Shown here in pieces: positions 50,514 to 63,414 of a stretch of 64,000 nt of DNA. The translations under genes and the position numbers were made by a program. The DNA comes from Plasmodiophora brassicae (lineage: Eukaryota). The notes beneath the pieces were generated by a model. That model made no database searches. It had not been told where the DNA came from and worked only from the letters and a program-made list of their open reading frames with translations. The stretch spans positions 310,001 through 374,000 of the forward strand of contig CP145418.1 of NCBI GenBank assembly GCA_036867785.1, read 5' to 3'. Every line of letters starts with the position of its first letter. The stretch's first letter is position 1.

Positions 50514-51183
50514 GTCGAGCGTGTTCCGCGCCCATTCAGCAGCTGCCGCGCGCCTGTTGGGGGGCAATCAGACAACTCAGGCGGTGCGGAAAGGATTCGT
50601 CCAGCACATACTCAGACACTGCGGTTTCGTTGGCGAAGCTCACGATCAGCTGTAGTCGGGCAACGGCGGTGTTCGGCAAACGAATGCAGCCGCAATGGCC
50701 CGCACAGTCCATCAGTTGCGCAAGAACTAACGACTGCCTAGCGAGAGCCCCGTCGTCGACGTCGCGGCTATGGCCGTCGCATGAGACCAAGGGTGACAGC
50801 GTCAATTTGCCCACAAAGAAGGACGACCAGAATCAGGAACGGAGGCATAGCGCAGGGACAAATACAATTTCCGGATCGGGAAGGCGTAACGTTCTCGCTG
50901 TTAACGAGAACTGTTAATGTGACCACGGTGACGTCGCTGCGCCGCCCGTATACATTCGCTGGCAAGGCGTTGTCAACGGGACAGTGACGGTAACACGCAT
51001 TTTCACCGTGTTGTAAGTAGGAGTTCGAAGGCGAAGTATACCTGTTCAGGGGACGCCGTTTGATGATGAAATAACGTATAGGTAGCACGTGTCTTTATTC
51101 CAAGCGGACACTGGAACAAGCCTGCGGAGTCCGTGGCGGAGTCCGACGATCACCTAACCGGCCCGGCTACCACGGCCAGCGTT

Positions 51184-52334
51184 ATGGACGCCGCTTCCAT
51201 GATCACCAGGAACGATCTGCCAATTGCGCAGCGAATGCGCGCCGTGTTCGAACTAAAGCAGCTGGCAACAGAAGCTGCTGTTGACGCCATCTGCGACGGT
51301 ATGCATATTATGAACGACGTAGCCTTTGGCTGCTCCACGATCTAATACGTCTTGGAAGGGATCCGCGACGAATCTGTTCTGTTGGCTCATGAATGCTGTT
51401 ATGGCCTCGGTAACTGTCAGGATTGATCAAAATACGTGACCCTGACATTTCCACGAACATAGGACAGTTGAGGAATCCGAGGGCTCTGCCTGCGCTTCGG
51501 AACGCCCTATCCGATACGTCATTGCATCCTGTTGTCCGACACGAGGCTGCCGAAGCAATTGGCGCCATCGGTGATCCTTCTGACCGTGATTTTATTGCTC
51601 AGTTTGTGGACGATCCTGCTGTGGAAGTACGCTTTTGTTTCATCGCTCCTCAGTATGTTTTCTCAGCCTCGTTTCCAGGTTTCTGAGACGTGCAGGATTG
51701 CGCTTGATCTATTCGCAGAACGAGACGCGAACCAGTCCAGTACGTCTTGTTCAGGACGTTTCCAATCGGTGGACCCTGCGCCACCTGCAGCTGCTCAGCC
51801 GGACGTCGGTGCTAGCGAACGGGTCCGACGATGGTCGGAGGAGTTGCTGGACACCAGGTTGCCGCTGTTCGAAAGGTACAAAGCCATGTTTGCGTTGAGG
51901 GACGACGGATCCCCTGCAGCCGTTGCTGCGCTTTGCAAGTCGTTTGCGGATCGGTCCAGTGCCCTGTTCCGCCACGAAGTCGCCTACGTTCTTGGACAGC
52001 TACAGGATCCACTATCGAGAGACGCCCTACTTGCGGTACTTCAGGTCCGGCTTGTGCCATTTTGGCCCTGCTTCGCAATGTAAACGTTTGAATAGGATTC
52101 CTCCGAGCATGAGATGGTCCGCCATGAGGTGGGGCACAATGTCATCGTTTTGTAAGATGATTTGCTGATCGGGGTTGGCAGGCGGCTGAGGCTCTGGGTG
52201 CTATTGCTGATTCGGATGCGCTGGGCATTCTTCGCACGCATCTCGACGATAGCGACCAGATCGTCAAGCAAAGCTGCGAGGTGGCCTTGGACTTATACGA
52301 ATACTGGAATGCAGACCGGGAAACTGCCGCCTGA
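51184..52334 (+). CDS. DOHH: Deoxyhypusine hydroxylase, multi-exon
   Basis: RMRAVFELK, LLAHE, VVRHEAAEAIGAIG, VSETCRIAL, SVDPAPP, FERYKAMFALR, SALFRHEVAYVLGQ, MVRHE. Confidence 0.93.
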
Positions 52335-52837
52335 AGATTCCCCATCCATTAAATGTGTATCCGCGACCTCAGCAAGCTGCAAGTAATCGTATTCAACGGG
52401 TTTCCTGAGTGCGCCCGGTGGATGAGAACCTACTCGAAAGGTCACGTAGGTTCCAGCAGACCAGGCAACTCCACGTCGCTATGGTGCCTGTCCCTTCAGG
52501 CGTGTCCACTGGAATTTCCCAACTATAGGGTGCTTCCCAGAAATACCACAGTCCCGTGAGGCATCGAGCCGCCAACTTGAATTCGCTGTCATCAGTGATG
52601 TCTAGTTCCCGCCGCTCCAGGGCGACAAGCTTGCCCTGCCTACAGTAGTACGCATTCTGGGCTCCTCCAAAGCCTCGGTTGCGCGCAGGCAGCGTCTGAT
52701 TCCCGCCGATCCGGAGGCCGTGCATGAGAGTCAGCCTCGTATACGTATGATGGGATTTCCGCCCTGTTGGCTCGGAACATTCCACGGAATACGAAGTCCG
52801 GTGACATTCGTTCTGTTTATAGGAATGTGATGGACTG

Positions 52838-53326
52838 ATGGACAACCCCGGTGCTGACGTGGCACTGGTGGCGCAAGTCCGTGAGTGCGCAGTCCAGGCC
52901 GGCTCTGTCCAGAGCGCCAATCGGCGCGGCGTCGTCGTCGCTCGCACGACGAGCAGCCTCACTCCGATATCACGAGTCATGGCGATGGACGAGGCGGCGC
53001 GCTTGCGCCGGAAGCGTATGAACAAGGAAGCGGCGCTGCGGTCGAGGATTCGCAAGCGCGAGCACGTGGAGTCGCTGCAGCAGGAGGTGGTCAGGCTGCG
53101 CGCCGAGAACCAACGATTACGATGTCAGCTGTCGACGTGCCAGTGCGGGTCGACGGCGGGTGAAGAGGAAGCGAAGTCGCAGACGAGCGAGGCGTGCGAT
53201 GCCGTGGAGGTCGAGGATGTTCTGTCTGACAAGTCTGCAGTACTTGTCTGCCCCTCCCTGCAGTCGGAGGACATCCTCGATCCCCGGTATCGTGCGTTTC
53301 TGAACAAGATGCTCTTCTGTTCTTAA
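52838..53326 (+). CDS. bZIP transcription factor
   Basis: Basic region RRKRMNKEAALRSRIRKR followed by a leucine heptad zipper. Confidence 0.88.
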   Translation: MDNPGADVALVAQVRECAVQAGSVQSANRRGVVVARTTSSLTPISRVMAMDEAARLRRKRMNKEAALRSRIRKREHVESLQQEVVRLRAENQRLRCQLSTCQCGSTAGEEEAKSQTSEACDAVEVEDVLSDKSAVLVCPSLQSEDILDPRYRAFLNKMLFCS

Positions 53327-53789
53327 CCGATCCCGCCGACGACATGCCTGTACTATCCCCAGACCTACCCCCATTGCAGTTCCACCCCTATCAAGACCCA
53401 TTCAATTGGCGAGTAGACGGCCTTGAAGGCGCCCTGGCCATTTGACAATGTCGCAGTGCCTGGTCGACAAGATTCCGATGCGGAGGGATTTCCTGGTGTA
53501 ACCTGTTGCCGACGTTCTGGACGCCCATATCCACGACACGCGTCGACGACTTGGAGACCACCTGATATCCCCTGCAAACGTTCCCTTTGACGATTCCAGC
53601 ACTCGATGTTTTCGTATTGACTTTGTTGCTTCCCGATTGGTCCGTTCTACCCGCCCCCTAACTTTATAAATATATCCACTATGTTCACCCCCGTTGATGA
53701 CCGTTGTAGGACGCATTTATTTAGTGACAGACAGCCTCCCCAGGAGACGCGTAAGCCTTTGGGGTGAACAACTCCACTCAGTAGGGTGT

Positions 53790-55334
53790 TCAGAGCGCGA
53801 AGAACGCCGCCAGGCCCACGGCGAGAAGCGCCGATACTGCCGGGAGCGCCCGGGCCACTGAGTTGCCCGTGCGCTTGGTCATGTTGCTCTTGAACGGCGT
53901 CGTGCCATTGTAGGTCTTCGTCGCGTTAACGCCCATGGAGCCGGACATGCCCAGGTGCGTGCCAGCGGGACCCGATACACCCGCGTACCCACTGCCACTG
54001 CCCGAACCCTTCTCGGTGGCCTTGCCGTTGCCGTTGCCGTGGCCCTTGCCGCTGCCGTTGCCTTGGCCCTTGCCCTGACCCTGGCCCTTGCCCTGGCCCT
54101 GGCCCTGGCCCTGGCCCTGGCCCTTGCCAGAGCCTTCACCCCAGGTGTAATCGTTAACGGCATGACCAGCCCCAGGAGTACCCGCGCCCGTGGCCTGACC
54201 GGCACCAGGAGCACCGGCACCATGTCCAACGCCGGGAGCAGCCGAACCGTGCCCGACGCCAGGAGAGCCGGATCGAGGAGATCCCGAGCCCTGGCCGATG
54301 CTGTGACCGGCCCAGTTCTCGTGCTCGCGACCGCGCCAGCTGCCGACGCCGATGCCGTTGCCGTTGCCGACGCCGACACCTTTACCGTTGCCGATGCCGA
54401 CACCTTTACCGTTGCCGATGCCGACACCGTTGCCGTTGCCGGTACTGACAGCGTTGTCGCTGTCGGTCGGGACATCGTTGCCGACGCCGACGCCGTTGCC
54501 GTGCCAGTTGTCCTGGTGCTGCTTCTGGGGCCAGAAGCCGCCCTCCATGCCGGCGCGGTGGTACGTCCGGTGCGGCTTGATCGGGCCGGTCGAGTTCATC
54601 TCGCTGACGGTGACGTTGACGTCGATGACGTCGTCCCAGTCGGCCGTCACGTCCGGGATCATGCTGCCGCCGTACATGCCGGCCGCGTCCTGGGGCATCA
54701 TTGGCATGACGTCGAGCGGCGGGACCATGGCGCCCAAGTTGTCGGTCGGCGGCATCATCGAGCCCATGTTGGGGCCGCTGCCGTACAGGCCACCCGACGA
54801 GCGCGCCGACGACGTCGTCGGCATGCCCATCGCGTCGAGCGGGACGTTGTCCATGCTGTCGTTGCCGTTGGCCTGCATGGCGAGCTGGTCGACCTGCGTC
54901 TGGGCGGCGAGAGACGCGGCCACGTCGGCAGCGCTGGCGAACAGGAGCTTCACATCGCCCATCTGGAACGTCGTCTGGCCGTTGGAGCAGACCTCCTGGA
55001 GGCGCGCCACTTGTGCCTGGCGGACGACGCCCGACGAGGCGCCCGCGGCCGTCGCGTCACATTGGTCGGTCTGGGCGGCACACTTCACCAGCAGGTAGCG
55101 CGTGTTGACGTCGTCGCAGCTGACGACATCGGCGGTCATCGTCGACTCGCACTGGGCGATACAGTCGTTGTAGATGGCCGTCATCTGCTCCGCCGTGCAC
55201 GACGTCGGGACGGCCTCGGCGGTCGTCAGGTCCAGATTCGCCAGCGCGTTGCTGCTGCCGTCCATCTGCTGCTGGGCGGCCGCCAGCGCCACGGCCGAAC
55301 CAACCAGGATGTTGCGAATCATGGATCGGGTCAT
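53790..55334 (-). CDS. Secreted, probably GPI-anchored low-complexity surface protein (514 aa)
   Basis: Signal peptide; Cys-rich N-domain; Met/Pro-rich block; [14 protein letters not shown] and (GQ)n repeats; hydrophobic C-terminus [13 protein letters not shown]. Confidence 0.85.
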   Translation of the reverse strand: MTRSMIRNILVGSAVALAAAQQQMDGSSNALANLDLTTAEAVPTSCTAEQMTAIYNDCIAQCESTMTADVVSCDDVNTRYLLVKCAAQTDQCDATAAGASSGVVRQAQVARLQEVCSNGQTTFQMGDVKLLFASAADVAASLAAQTQVDQLAMQANGNDSMDNVPLDAMGMPTTSSARSSGGLYGSGPNMGSMMPPTDNLGAMVPPLDVMPMMPQDAAGMYGGSMIPDVTADWDDVIDVNVTVSEMNSTGPIKPHRTYHRAGMEGGFWPQKQHQDNWHGNGVGVGNDVPTDSDNAVSTGNGNGVGIGNGKGVGIGNGKGVGVGNGNGIGVGSWRGREHENWAGHSIGQGSGSPRSGSPGVGHGSAAPGVGHGAGAPGAGQATGAGTPGAGHAVNDYTWGEGSGKGQGQGQGQGQGKGQGQGKGQGNGSGKGHGNGNGKATEKGSGSGSGYAGVSGPAGTHLGMSGSMGVNATKTYNGTTPFKSNMTKRTGNSVARALPAVSALLAVGLAAFFAL

Positions 55335-55402
55335 GACGACGTCCTTAGGTATAGAGTAGAATTACAGGAATGTGCGTCGTGGAGGCCTGGTTAATTGTAG
55401 AA

Positions 55403-55454
55403 TGACGCCTGACGTAACGTGACGACGCCATGTCGCACACGACGCATGACGTCA
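55403..55454. promoter_or_regulatory. Cluster of TGACG/CRE-like sites
   Basis: Four TGACG copies including the full palindrome TGACGTCA (55447-55454), just upstream of the 55334 gene. Confidence 0.45.
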
Positions 55455-56389
55455 CACTGGAGCACCGCATTGACACCCCTGGGGGTCGTGATTCAACATC
55501 GATGTCGTGATGGAGACCGCTGTGTCAACTGGGGCCGTTGACCTCTCGATCGGCGCGGCTCTCGCCAATGACTTGGATTCATCGGTCACTGTTCCGGCTG
55601 CGTCACTGAACTCGTCACCATCGTGTATTATATCGGCAGGGCGTTGAGGAGCGAGCTGATGATGATGACCCCAAGGGTGAACGAGACAGCGGCTTCGCCT
55701 GTTATAACCGGCGCGTGTGATAAGAGCAGGCTCGTTAGCCTGTTGCTGGTGGTGTTCGTCGCGATGCCAGACGCGTGTGAGTCATTCGCATTGGGCTGCT
55801 GGAGCGTATCTTGAGAGCACGGGTGCGACAATGGGTTCGTTGTTCGCCCTATAGCTGTCGTTCTGTTTGACGACTGGGGATGGCACTTTCCCTCCTGCCA
55901 CTCGACAGAGCTCGATGGAACCGCGAGCTCGTCGTCGCGCCGCAGAGTCAGCGACGTAAGGCACTGGTCGGTCTGCGCAGATGGTCCCCCCTGGACGGAT
56001 AGCAGTCCTACGTGGGCACGTTCACCTGAATCCGTCGTCGTCGTGCCATGAATCACGATCCGCCGTACCGATTCCAAGGGCCACCAGCGAGAGTACGCGT
56101 CGAACCATGGCTCAGGTTCGCCAAACACAGGCGTGCACATGGTCGCGTGCCCCAGCTTGCCAACGATACGATGAGTCACGGCTCCTCTCCGGAGCAACGT
56201 CACCTTCGATGAGTGCATGCACGGTTCGCGAATCGTGTGCCGGAAGGCGACGATGATGGCAAAACAGGAGTTGGACTGGCAGGCGCGGCGGTTGGCGCCG
56301 CAGAGCCAGGCCCAGGGAGGGGCCGCCACGCACGCGCCGCAGCGGCCCTGTCAGCGGCGGCTGCATTTGGGAAATCGGTGCGGGGCGCG

Positions 56390-58851
56390 ATGGGCGTGGA
56401 CGTCGACGTCGTCGCCATCCTGGATGCGGGCGCCCAGTACTGCAAGGTCATCGACCGGCGCGTCCGCGAGCTGAACTGCTGCTCGGAGATCCTGCCGCTG
56501 GGCACGCCGGCGTCCGTGCTCGCCGACCCCAGGTACAAGGGCGTGATCATCTCGGGCGGCCCGAACAGCCTGGCGGAGAACCCGGAGCTGGCCCAGAAGT
56601 TCGACCGAGAGATTCTGACGCTCGGGAGGCCGGTGCTCGGCATTTGCTATGGTCGGATGCTCGCCGGGTGCCCAGTGGTTCCCCCATGGCTGAACCGACG
56701 TGTGCAGGTCTGCAGTTGCTAAACGTTCTCGGCGGTGGAACGGTGGAGCGTAAAGCGATTCGAGAGGATGGCCAGTTTGACGTTGACCTCGACCGCCGCG
56801 GTGCAAGCCATCTCTGGGACGGCATCGCTGACCGCACGACTGTTCTGCTGACCCACGGGGACAGTATCGGGGTGCTGAGCAACTCGTACGTTGCTATCGC
56901 CAGGTCGTCCGACCCGCCGCATGTCATCTCAGGTATCGCTCACAAATCTCTGCCGGTGTTCGGCGTACAGTTCCATCGTAAGTTGCTGCGCTGGGGATCG
57001 CTATAGTCGGTGTCTTCTCAATGGTTCTCGCAGCTGAAGTTAGCCTGTCCGTCGACGGTGTGAAGATGCTGGAGAACTTCCTGGTTAAGGTTTGCAAGCT
57101 AAGGCAGACTTACACGCCTATTTCGCGGCAGCTCAGTGCCATCCACTACATCCGTGATGCCGTCGGCGAGACGGATTCCGTTCTCGTCCTCGCTAGTGGC
57201 GGTGTTGACAGCACGGTCGTGTGCGCGCTCTTATCAAAGGTTCTGCCATGCTCGTCGATCTGGTGCAGATTGTCTCATGCGCGCCATAGGCAATTGCACC
57301 TGATCGCATATATGCGTTGCATGTCAACACTGGGTTTATGCGGGAGGGCGAAAGCGAGTCGGTTGCGCGCGCCCTATCAGTTCTTGGCTTACGATTGCAT
57401 ACCGTTAATGCTCGAGACGAGTTCCTGTCGGCGACCACTGTCATTAATGGGAAGCGGACGCCTGCGCTACGGGATACTGTCGATCCGGAAACAAAGCGGA
57501 CCATTATCGGCGATTGCTTCATGGCCGTCTGCGACAAAGAGATTCATCGGCTTGGTCTAGATCGTAAAGCTTGCGTTTTAGCACAAGGTTCTCTTCGGCC
57601 AGACCTTATAGAGTCCGGCAGGTGAGCAATTGTCGCCCGGAGTCATTGTGACATTCTAACGGTGTACCAGCCCGTCTGTAGGATCGTCGGCTCAAGTAAT
57701 CAAGACGCACCACAACGACACTCAACTCGTTCGTCAGTTACGTGAAACGGGACGTATTGTAGAGCCACTCCGTGATTACCACAAGGACGAAGTTCGTGCT
57801 CTAGGCGCTGAACTCGGCCTGCCGGACTCGATCGTACGCCCACATCGTGCCTTTAGTCATCACGCTGAGATGCGTACCCTGGCGTCAGGTTTGGAGGCAA
57901 CCGTTCCCTGGGCCTGGTCTTGCTATTCGCCTGCTTTGTGCACGTGAACCTTTCCTTCCTGACGATGTCGACCGCGTTAAAGAGCGACTTTCATTGTTCT
58001 CAAAATCGGAGATGCCCAACGGTATCACAAATGCTTACGACGTCTTGCATGCCTCCAAGTGACATCTTCCCTAGGGTGCACAGCGTGTCTAATGCCCGTT
58101 CGAACTGTTGGTGTCCAGGGTGATGGCCGGTCTTATGCGTCCCTAGTTGGGATCCTTGTCTCCGGGACTGTTGAATGGAACTCGGTCCGGTCGTTGTAGT
58201 CACCGTCGATAAGGTTTGGCGTTTTAACTGTGTGCATTAGCTGGTGGAACACGCAAGACGTATTCCGAAACAAGTTCACAAGGCCAACCGAGTTGTTGTT
58301 GTCCTTCCATCGGGCCTGGACACCGATATTCCGTTGACGGTCACGCAGACGCTTCTCGGTGACGATGAGGTTGCTCTTCTGCGCGCTGCCGATAAAATGT
58401 ATGCCAGAATGGGATCATTCACGTTGTTGCGTCCTCAGTTACGTGTCTCAGTGTTAACGATATCCTGGCCGCAAGGAACCTGCTTAAAGTTCTGTCGCAA
58501 GTGCCCGTAGTGCTTCTGCCCGCCAACTTCGGCGTCGCGGGCAAACGCACCATTGCGCTTCGTCCATTCATCACAGATGATTTCATGACTGGAGTGCCCG
58601 CCATTCCTGGTGTACATTTTCCTATCGAAGTGTAGGACATTTTCCTGTCTGCTTCAGGTTGATGGTTCGTCCTAAGCGTAATGTCTAGGGTTGACGAGAT
58701 CGTGAACAAGATCCTTCGAGACATCCCGCAGATCGTCCGCGTTTGCTACGACATTACAGCAAAGCCACCCGCGACCGTACGTCCCATTGCACGCTTTTAT
58801 CTGCCTAGGATAGCACGTGATCGTTATTTCCTGTAGACCGAATGGGAGTAA
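56390..58851 (+). CDS. GMPS: GMP synthase (glutamine-hydrolysing), multi-exon
   Basis: ILDAGAQYCKVIDRRVRE, IISGGPNS, PVLGICYG, GVQFH, SGGVDSTV, LRPDLIES, IKTHHND, RQPFPGPGL, KPPAT|TEWE*. Confidence 0.96.
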
Positions 58852-59376
58852 TCACTGTCGTACACAACCATGAAATTACGCAACAGAAGTACATAGTGGA
58901 ATGGACGTGAATTGTTGGACAGATATGTTTTCGGGTGGCATAGGTGCGTTCGTCATGTGCCGTTTGCGTTGCTATGGGGCACTCGAGGTTGGGCAGACGC
59001 TTCGCCCTTGTCAGCGAGATCAGCGGTCTTTTGACTTGGCCGTACACCTGTTCGGTGCGACAACTAACGCGGATGCCAATGGTAACATGCGTTGGCGAAG
59101 ACAGAGCCTCGCCGAAACAGGTCGCTGGTATCGCTCAAGGCGTTTACTCGATTCGTTTTGTTCCGTTGCAATTCATCGTTGCGTTAACGACATAGGCTAC
59201 GTACATCCGAAGCCCTCACAGCCGCCTCAGCTGCGACATCAGAGCTCCGAAGGAAACGGGTGCACGATACTGTTTCAACGCGGCAGAGGGGGTCCTGACT
59301 GTAAAGATCGTACCCCGGTGATCCTTCAAGAAGATATTCAGGGGGCGGCGCTGCTTCTTCGTAGCAGGTCGCGGCG

Positions 59377-61803
59377 ATGCAGCGCCCTGGCGAAAGCGGC
59401 TCGCCAGCGCCACTGGACAAGTGTCGCGAGTCGGCGCTCGAAGTCATCTCCAGCGAGAAGTCGTACGTTCACGCGCTCAAGACGACGGTGCGATCGTTCC
59501 ATCGGCGTATACGCGCGCACAACGAGGTTCCGAGGAAGCGCAGCATCCTGACCAACGATGAGATCGACTCCATCTTCTTGAACATCGTCGAGATCTACGC
59601 GATCCAGAAGCAGTTCTACGAGCGCCTCAAGGAGATGCGCCTGCACGGGTCTGAGTACCTCATCGCCAACATCCACCAGGTCCTCCTCGACCTGTCGCCA
59701 CTGCTGACCGCCTACAGCAGCTACGCGAAGTACCAGCAGAATGCCAACAACAACCTGCAGAAGCTGAGGCGAAAGAACGGCGAGCTCCAGGATCTGCTCA
59801 CGCTGACGGAGATGGCCGAAGGCATGACCCTTGAAGGCCTTCTGATTCAACCCGTCCAACGAGTAGGCATCGGGGGTCCGGTCGTCGCCGGCTGGTCGCA
59901 CGACTCACCCGATTGCAACAGATCCCGCGTTACATCCTGTTGCTCAAGGAGATGATCAGGCATACCAAGGCGGACGAGGTCCGCGCGAACCTTCAAACGG
60001 CGCTGGCGGCCATGGAGACGGCCGCCAGCGACATGAACCTGACCATTCGGCATCACGAGACCCACCTGGAGCTGATCCGCGCGGAGGAGATGTTCCAGAT
60101 GCGCCTGGCGCTCAACAAACCCGGCCGCGTCCTCGTCAAAGAAGGGTACTTGCGCAAGGTGCCCGTCGTCGTCGTCGCTCTCTGCGACCGTTGTCTGACG
60201 CGCTACAGGCGGCGTCGGCGACCGACTCGAAACAGTCCATGTTCGCGTCGACGCTCGAGCGCCGCAACCTGTTCCTGCTGTTCACCGACATGCTGCTGTG
60301 CTCGTCGGACAACACGCTGGGTCCCTGCCGCCTGCGCTGGGCGTCGCCGCTGCACCTCCTGCAGGTCTCCCAGGAGACGGTCGGCGGCGCGCTCAGCTTC
60401 CGCCTGACATCGTCGTTCCGCGACCTGACGCTCTGCGCCGACGCCGAATCGGACACGCGCGAATGGATCACCAAGTTGCAGCAGCACATCCCGGGTAAAC
60501 GTCGCTCGCCAGCGCAGCGTCGACACGGCTCCCCTGGTGTTTCTGATCGGAACGACGTGCAGAGTTCGCCAACGACCCGAACCAGGAGAAGCTGTCGACG
60601 GAGGCGGAGCTGGAGTTCACGTTGAAGCGCGACCCGGGCAAGATCCAGGCGCTGTCGGTCATGAACCAGTACAGGCAGAGCGTCGCGTCCGAGGACACGC
60701 ACCGTGTCGCCAACAACGAGTACACGCTGTCCAGGCAGACGTCGACGCTCGGGTCGCCCCGTTCCGATGCGAACAGCAGCGACACGATCCCGATGGCGAG
60801 CATGACCGTCGGCGATCACGCCCTGCTGCGCATCCCGTCGCCGGTGCCGTCCGACGACTCGTCGTCGTCGTCCATCGATTCGGGCGGCGACCTCCAGATG
60901 CTGCCGCCCCGTAACGACCTGATCGAGGCGGCGGCGCTCCCGTCGGCGCCATCGTCGACAACGAACCACATGGAGGGGTACCTGTCGAAACGCGGCGACG
61001 GCATCAAGACGTGGAAGCGCCGATACTTTGTCGCCGATACTGGCCAGTCGGTCAAGCTCCTGCGATACTACAAGGACGAATCGGTGAGATGGGGTTCGAC
61101 GCGTGTGTGAGGCGCCGTGCCTGACGCCTGTGTGTGGTGTGCGCCGCCCGCGTAGAGCTATCGGAACGGGGAGGAGGCGCTCGGGTTCATCGACCTGGAC
61201 ATGTGCGCGGTGGTGCTGGACCTGGAGAAGCAGTGGGGCGAGTTCGCCTTCGAGATCTACCCGTCGACGTCGGATCGCTGCTACATGCTGGTGGCGGAGG
61301 GCGACGAATCGCGCGCGACCTGGTTCACGTTCCTGAAGCAGTTCCAGAGCAAGGACCGGTTCATCGAGGGGTACCTGCTGAAGAAGGGCAACCAGCTGAC
61401 CGGGTGGAAGTCGCGCTACTTCGTCTGCCTGCAGAGTATCAAGGAGGTGCTGTACTTCAAGAACCAACGGGATAGCTACGGGCCGACCATGTTCCAGAAG
61501 GCGCTCGGCAGCATCCACCTGAAGGGGTGCACAATCCGGGAGAGCAGCGCGGCGAACAAGACCGCCTACAACAAGGGCACGAGCGTCTTCGAGATACACT
61601 CCAGCGCGAACGCCGACGACAAGGTCAAGGAGTGGATGCCGTCGTCGGTCCAGAGCAAACCCAGCAAGACGTACGTCATGGCGGCCGGCGACGACCAGAC
61701 CATGGCCAGGTGGGTCCTCCTGCTCACCATCGTCGTCGGGTCGTCCGTCCAGGAGAACGAGCAGCGCCTGCCGCTGCAAACGGTCAACGACCTGGACGAC
61801 TAA
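59377..61803 (+). CDS. RhoGEF (DH) with three PH domains, multi-exon
   Basis: EVISSEKSYVHAL, IFLNIVEI, LLIQPVQR|IPRYILLLKEM, LVKEGYL, MEGYLSKRG...TWKRRYFV, IEGYLLKKG...WKSRYFV. Confidence 0.9.
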
Positions 61804-61841
61804 TCAAATTCTGTATATTCTACTACCTAAATCCGGCATTC

Positions 61842-61908
61842 GCGTGACGTCACGCTCAGCACCTAACCGGTGACGTGACAGGGGCGCGCCACTCGACGGT
61901 GACGTCAC
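61842..61908. promoter_or_regulatory. CRE-like palindromes upstream of CCCH gene
   Basis: GCGTGACGTCACGC (61842-61855), TGACGTGA and GTGACGTCAC (61899-61908). Confidence 0.5.
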
Positions 61909-62084
61909 GCCCCCTACACTGGACGAACCGTCACCGAGGAATATCTGGGCAGCGCATTCCCTTATTTGCCCTTATTCTATCAGTTTGTTTGCGTCCCGCC
62001 CTCCCCCGAATCGAGGCCAACCCGTGCAAGCCAAGTCGTAAGACACAACAACAGCAGCAGCAACAGCACGCCTCGAGAGCTATC

Positions 62085-62528
62085 ATGTATTCGCGTTGCA
62101 TAAGCAACAACGCTGCCCTGGTCGCCAGGCACGGCGCCGCCCAGCGCCAGCAGAAGCTGTCAGGCGCCAGCGAATCGTCAGTGACCCGCAACGAGCGCCT
62201 GTACAAGACGGAGATGTGCCGTCTTTGGGGCGAGAGCCGTTCCTGCCCGTACGGTGCCAAGTGCCAGTTCGCGCATGGCGAACAGGAACTTCGCCCGGTG
62301 GAGCGCCACGCCAAGTTCAAGACGGTCCTGTGCAGGAAGTACCACGAGGACGGCGTGTGCCCGTTCGGGGCCCGGTGCGCGTTCGTCCATAAGGAGACCG
62401 CAACGACGCCCCTGGTGATCCCGCTGGACACCGTCACGACGCTCAGCCCGCCGACCGCGGCGATGCCGACCCCGGTCGGGTTCCGACGTGCCATCACCCG
62501 CGATTCGTTGTTCACTAAACTGTACTGA
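62085..62528 (+). CDS. Tandem CCCH zinc-finger protein (TIS11/ZFP36-like)
   Basis: LYKTEMC-x8-C-x5-C-x3-H and KFKTVLC-x8-C-x5-C-x3-H. Confidence 0.92.
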   Translation: MYSRCISNNAALVARHGAAQRQQKLSGASESSVTRNERLYKTEMCRLWGESRSCPYGAKCQFAHGEQELRPVERHAKFKTVLCRKYHEDGVCPFGARCAFVHKETATTPLVIPLDTVTTLSPPTAAMPTPVGFRRAITRDSLFTKLY

Positions 62529-62865
62529 GTGCTGGGACGCGGGCACCGCTACCTGCTATCGTTGGAGGCGGGTGAGTGATGGTGCACCTCAGCGCTGGCC
62601 TACCTCAGAATCATCATCCGAAGACAACAGCGAATCATCAAGTCTGGGGCCCTTTTCAGCCCGATGGTATGAAGCGGCTTCGATACCAGCGCCAGCAACG
62701 GGAGTATGTTCGCCATCGATCCGGTTCAACGCCGCCGTCAAGGAGGCGTCCTGCGAAGAAGGACGGGTGCACGCCTTGTCAGCTGAGCGCACGGACGTGA
62801 GGTCAGGTTGGCCCATTGGCCCGGCATTGGACCCGACTGCAACTAAGGGGAGACGATCCCTGTCG

Positions 62866-63304
62866 GCCGTCATCACGACGATAGCCGGCAGCGGTTCGCT
62901 GTTGAGCCCAGTCGACGTCGCGCAGGACCCGTCGGGGAACTTGTACGTCACCGATTACGGCAACGCCTGCATCCGGAAGGTCGGTCACCCCGGCGGGTGC
63001 GGTCTCGACGTTGACGGAGCCATCTTCGATGCGGGGCCCAGCGGGGATCGTCTTTGACCGGGCCACAAACATGCATTACGTTGCCGACTCGATCGCCAAA
63101 CGGATCCTGCAAGCCACGCTGGACGGGACATGGACCGTAATCGCGGGCAACGGCACAAGCGGGTACCGGGATGGCCCTGACGAATCAGCCGAGTTCCAAC
63201 AGCCGTTTGGCATTGCGATCGACGAGACGGCCACGTCACCGGTCATTTACGTCAGCGACTGTCGGAACGACGCCCTGCGCAGGACTGTAGATTCGTTCGG
63301 ATGA
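62866..63304 (+). pseudogene. NHL-repeat gene fragment
   Basis: ITTIAGSG...PVDVAQDPSGNLYVTDYGNACIRKV and PAGIVFD...VIAGNGTSGYRDG...FQQPFGIAID lie in different frames; no clear start. Confidence 0.6.
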
Positions 63305-63414
63305 TTTACAGACGTCCGTGATCGTAACCACAAGTCATCGTCATGTAGTACAGCCGCATCATTGTCAGGTGACCGGGTTCCAGACGTTTAGGCGCCCCCG
63401 CTCATCTCCCACAG

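Noticed and set aside
53879-55394. (AR)n, (LA)n and (PLPLP)n ORFs in alternative frames
   Set aside because: Frame-shifted or antisense readings of the Gly-repeat gene.
60136-61779. 547-aa minus ORF
   Set aside because: Antisense to the RhoGEF PH exons.
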